From: Podarcis muralis
Taxonomy: Eukaryota
DNA: 64,000 nt
NCBI RefSeq assembly: GCF_964188315.1
Contig: NC_135667.1
Coordinates: forward strand, 8,494,001 to 8,558,000
Reading direction: 5' to 3'
Part shown: positions 59,157-64,000 of the stretch, in pieces
How positions within the stretch are numbered: the first letter of the stretch is position 1
Layout of the letters: each line of letters begins with the position of its first letter
Program-made: the position numbers and the translations under genes
Notes under the pieces: generated by a model
Databases searched by the model: none
What the model saw: only the letters and a program-made list of their open reading frames with translations
Told to the model about the DNA's origin: nothing

Positions 59157-62100
59157 ATGTTGCTGCTATTGTTGCTGCTGTTTCTAATACCCCCTGTTTC
59201 TAATAGCTCTAATTCTATCTGGTGCCCCAGGAATAATCCTTTCCCTGTTCCTCATGAGTGGTACCAGCCGGGTGACCTAATAATTGGCGGCATTGCCTCT
59301 CAGAGCTATTACATTTTCTATGAAGTTTTATTCAAGGAACACCCATCACAGAACCTGTTTGATGTTTCATAGTAAGAATCTTCCATTCCCCCTCTGGATT
59401 GCCTTTCTCTTTGTCTCATGCCTTTCTGACAGGAATCTTGGGGAGAGGGGCTATCTTATCATCTGCATTTGCAAGCTGCAACCGGGGTCACTTTTTGGCT
59501 GAAAGGTGGATTAAAAAAAGATGTTTCCATTGTTTAAAAGCTACCAGCTCACAAAGAATGATTTGAATAACTGTCAAAAATTCTCCTGTTTATACATCTC
59601 TGAGAGACCCATTGGTTTCAGTCACCTCCTGAATCTTTCACAACCTAAACGTCTAGACAGGAAATACAATTTTTCTTCTCCCATAATAAATCAATTTTGT
59701 AAATGAATATTTTATTTTATTTACTCCAAGTGTATTTACAACTGCTCTGCAGCATGAATATTGCGAGGAGCAAGGAAGAGAAGGGTGAAAGTGAAAATAA
59801 ATTTTAAAAAGCTTACATGGTGGGGAAATTATGTTTCATTAGCTGAATTTTCAAGTAGATTGAAAGTTTCAATGTGTGCTGGGTTGAGTTTACGTCTTGG
59901 GTGTGATGTTGCTGACATTCCTGAGGGTACTTTTCTTTCCATTAAACATTTCTTCTCCGTGGAGAAGTTACATGGTGGTGAAACTCCCTGGGCTGTAATC
60001 GAAGTTCCATTACTAGGTCTATTTGGAGTTATCTGTGGATGGTTGAATTGCATTGAGGCAAACAGGGATTGCTAAGGTTCAGGTTGGACAGAGAGACCAA
60101 AGGCTGTCAGGATGGGACATTAGGTCAGAAAGGAAGGCAGGCATTGGGCAGGAAAACCTGAGACAACTTTTACCACCAGCTGTGTCTTCCAATGAGAAGA
60201 TAAAAGTCTGATGTCTCACAGGATCAATGACTGTGCTTGACTACTGTGGACTGCACACCTCAAACGTGATTTACAAGCATCTTGCCTAACCCTACTCCAA
60301 CTTTATACAGAAACATAAGCCCCACTGAATTCAATGGGACTTTCATATAAGGAAGAATTAGTGTCACGAGCATGGTTCTTTAGAAATAGGATGTGGTCAC
60401 CTACGTAATGAGAAACAGAAAGTTTACTTTTGTTTTCTTTATCTACTGAGATGAGAAGGACAAGCAATAGATGAACAGCAGGTGTTTGAAAGTACTATAC
60501 ACAGCAGTAATGACCTAATGAACCATGGGTTTTCTGTGATGGTATGGTGTTGATTAGTTTAGGTGCATTAATCACAAATAAAACAATTTCCCTTCGGTTT
60601 GAAACAGAAGGTGTCCAATATTGTAGTATATTCATATTTGTACCTAATTTACTTTATTTGCAGTATGGTGCCAAAATTTTACCAGCACATCCTAGCATTG
60701 GCATTTGCTGTGAAAGAAGTCAATGAGAATCCCAATATCTTGCCCAATATCACACTTGGCTTCCACATCTATGACAGCTATTATGATGCAAGGATGACCT
60801 ACCGTACGACTCTAGACCTACTCTTCAAGATGCATAGATTTGTCCCCAACTACAAATGTGACACACAGAAAAACCTCATAGCCATCATTGGAGGACTTGG
60901 CTATGATACGACTTTCCATATGGCAGATACATTAGGTCTCTACAAGATACCACAGGTAAGATGCATAAATGAGGATATGGGGATATCCCCCCCCCTATAT
61001 TTGGTTTTTATCCAATATATGGACCTAGTTATGATCCTTGATTTAAACTTAAATTGGATACCAACTTACATTTTTCCACCATGCTCCCTTCACATTGCTT
61101 TTTCTCTGTTATTTTTAGGGATGTGAGACTGATCTGTTCAAATATTAAATCAAAATGTGCAATCAGAAATAAAGCTGAGAATAAGCCTTGACTGGAAGAG
61201 TTCTTGATTTAATTTATATATTACTTCAACATAGAACAAATCTTTGTTATGGTCATATACCAGCATAAGGAGGGAGTGGTACAATCATTTAAAATCTAAA
61301 AAAAAGTTTAAAAAACAACAACTAAAAAGTGTTCAATGTAGATTTGTTCAATAAAATGTCATATGGTGCAGGATGAATGCTTTCTGCTTAATCAGATTTT
61401 TTTTTGTTTTGTTTTTTTGGTAAATTTTCTTTTAGTTTGCATATGGTTCATTTCCCCCAGTGCAAAGTGATACAAGTCAGGTTCCTTCTTTTTACCACAT
61501 GGTGCCCAATGAAGCTCACCAGTACATGGGTATTATCAGTCTGCTTAAGCATTTTGGATGGATGTGGGTTGGACTTTTTGCTCTGAATGATAACAGTGGA
61601 GAACATTTTTTGCAAACCCTGGAGCCACTGCTTTCTCAGAATGGAATTTGTTCAGCCTTTGCACAAAGAATCCCAAAACAAGTCTATCTTGATGACTTGG
61701 ATGAAATGCATGATATAGCCTTAAATATGCATGTACCATTCACAGATAATAAGGTCACTGCATTTATTGTCTATGGAGAATCCCTAACAATTATAGCACT
61801 GAGAGCTCTTATATTTCTGCAATATCCTACAAATAAAGAAAACACATCATTTAAAAAGGTTTGGATTTTTACAGCACAGACTGATTTCATATCTATGGGT
61901 CTTCTTAAGGCTTGGAATGTTCTGCTCTTCCAAGGTGCCATTTCCTTCACAATTCATTCGCAAAATCTTCTAGCATTCCCAGAATTTCTTCAGAGCATAA
62001 AGCCTTCCCAGAGCCAGGGAGATGGTTTCATCAAAGGCTTCTGGGAGCAAGCATTTGACTGTATTCTTCCCAATTTCAATGCGCCAATGGAGGTCAATGG

Positions 62101-63038
62101 TATGTGTACTGGAGAGGAGAGGTTGCAGAGTCTTCCAAGGTCTCTATTTGAAATGAGCATGACTGGTCACAGCTACAGTATCTATAATGGTGTCTACACT
62201 GTGGCTCATGCCTTGCATAACATTTACTCACCTAAATCCAAGCAAACATCTATGGGGAGAAGTAAAAGTTTACCTCAAGATCTACAGCCTTGGCAGGTAA
62301 TGTTTTGAAAATGAATTGGTCCCTATGGCTGCCCCTATGGATCTTGTCACCAAAGGAGGTTGCCTTATTTTATCTCATGGGTGGGCTAGGTCTGCTCATA
62401 AAGAAGGGTTTCTGTAAATCATGGCATTTGTTATTTTCGCTTCATCTCTCTCTCCCCCCTTTCCCTCTCTTAGCTCCACTCTTATCTTCATAGTATTTCA
62501 TTTAACAACTCAGCTGGAGAATCAGTGACTTTTACTGATCAAAGAGAAATGGGAGGTGGATTTGACATCATGAATATGATCATGTTCCTGAATAGGTCCT
62601 TCATTCGAGTGCAAGTTGGATGGATTGATCCTGATGCAATAGATGGAAGAGAATTCATCCTTTTTGAGGACATGATTCAGTGGCACAATGGTTTTAATCA
62701 GGTCTGGAATCTAGGGTTTATTATCTCGCTATATTCTCCAGATTAGGCAATAACCATCACTTTTCTCCTGGATAGGTTGATTGAAAATTTTTGATTAGCT
62801 AGTTGGATGAAACAATGAACTTTCCAATCAAAGATTACCTTTCTTAATTGAAGTTCAGTGGCTATTTCTCCCTTCTGAAATTATTTCCTGTTTGTTTCTA
62901 TTTGTTTAAAGGTGATGCCTATATCTGTGTGCAATGACTACTGTCACCCAGGTTATAGGAAGAAAAAGAAGGAAGGGCATAAATTTTGCTGCTATGATTG
63001 TACTCCATGTCCAGAAGGGGAGATTTCAAACCAGAATG
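59157..63038 (+). CDS. V2R gene F, 3'-partial. Exons 59157-59371, 60664-60955, 61436-62296, 62474-62701, 62912-63038; exon 6 lies beyond the window
   Basis: Signal peptide [15 protein letters not shown] and [11 protein letters not shown] motif. Five exons are open and in phase. Confidence 0.92.
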
Positions 63039-63805
63039 GTAAATGACATTTTTTCATTGTACAAGGTTAGCAAGTATCTGTTGAAAGGAATTTAAACATT
63101 ACCTTGTGCATGTAACCACACTGCTTGGAGTGGTGTGAATATTTTATTGCTACTTTCCAGTAAATTTTCAGTGAAACATTCAAAGTCTATTAAGCCTGGT
63201 GAAATCCCATGCACATGGATTTGAAAGGAAGCCCCAGACAACAGAATTAATGATTTCATTGTGCACATAATTTAAGAGAACCTGTCAAGTACTACAATTG
63301 TACAGAAGTTGCAGATTTATGAAACATGTCTGTGGCAAGAATGAAACACACTAGACATCCATGGTGGGTGAAATCGGCCCAGAACTTTATTCATTATGTT
63401 TCAGGAAGGAGGGGATGGCATGACACTAGTTGGAAGTCATTTGGGTCATGATTCCAGCCAGCACTTGCTGTTCAAATGATATTCCACTTGAATGTGCAGA
63501 TGCACTCAACACCCTTCAGAGTTGAATAATGCTGGACTTTTGTGTGTTGGCAAAACAAGCATTCAGGTTTCCAGTCGCAACTGTGGGAGGGGTTTGGGCA
63601 ATTCTGGGCTCCAAGTGACCCCAGGGCACGGCTTGATACTATCTGTTGCTAGGCCCTATATGGTCCACAATAATGATGTATTTCTGCCTAATGGCTTTTT
63701 GGCCCAGCTTTTCAACAAAAGCTTTAGTTCAATTAACAAAGGTTGTTTCCATTTCCTGAGGGAAAGGTGAAAACCCCTCAACCCAGAGAAAATTAAGTAT
63801 AGGAG

Positions 63806-63807
<2 letters not shown>

Positions 63808-63854
<47 letters not shown>
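63808..63854. repeat. (AT)n microsatellite in intron 5 of F
   Basis: About 23 perfect units. Confidence 0.95.
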
Positions 63855-63857
<3 letters not shown>

Positions 63858-64000
63858 CCAATTAACTGGTGACCCAAAGATTCAAGATTCTATACCTTCT
63901 GCCATTCTGGTGCATCAAGTGGCAATTTAAAATGTTTTAAACAAAACTATGTCAAATTAAGCAGGCAAATCAAAGAGTAGTTCAGATATTATACGATAAT

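Noticed and set aside
1-64000. CRISPR array, operon, defence island or other prokaryotic system
   Set aside because: The sequence has spliceosomal introns, vertebrate GPCR exons and vertebrate retroelements. The only short periodic repeats are microsatellites; there are no repeat-spacer arrays.

Overview
Eukaryotic (squamate reptile) genomic DNA, not prokaryotic. The squamate call rests on Sauria-type SINEs plus BovB, L2, CR1 and L1 LINEs; a lacertid lizard is plausible but is inference. The window holds a head-to-tail tandem array of six vomeronasal type-2 receptor (V2R, class C GPCR) genes on the + strand, here labelled A-F. A lacks exons 1-2 (upstream of the window) and F lacks exon 6 (downstream). 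B, C, D and E are complete six-exon genes with GT-AG introns, exon sizes of about 209-215/292/861-864/228/127/902 bp and open spliced frames of 873-874 aa. A, B, C and the 5' half of D recur at about 13-kb spacing. Many transposon insertions can be delimited exactly, because empty sites survive in the paralogues. The most unusual object is in intron 4 of D: a full-length antisense L1 (intact ORF1, ORF2 with one in-frame TAG, 16-bp TSD) nested inside an unclassified ~1.38-kb element that has its own 7-bp TSD and a 73-aa ORF. Other points of interest are mosaic ancestry of genes B and D, a candidate duplication breakpoint near 8.1 kb, divergent ligand-pocket residues, conserved upstream motifs, and a solo LTR carrying a nested MITE. 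I found no CRISPR array, rRNA or functional tRNA. I cannot support a wholly new biological system. All comparisons were made by eye; no database search was run.
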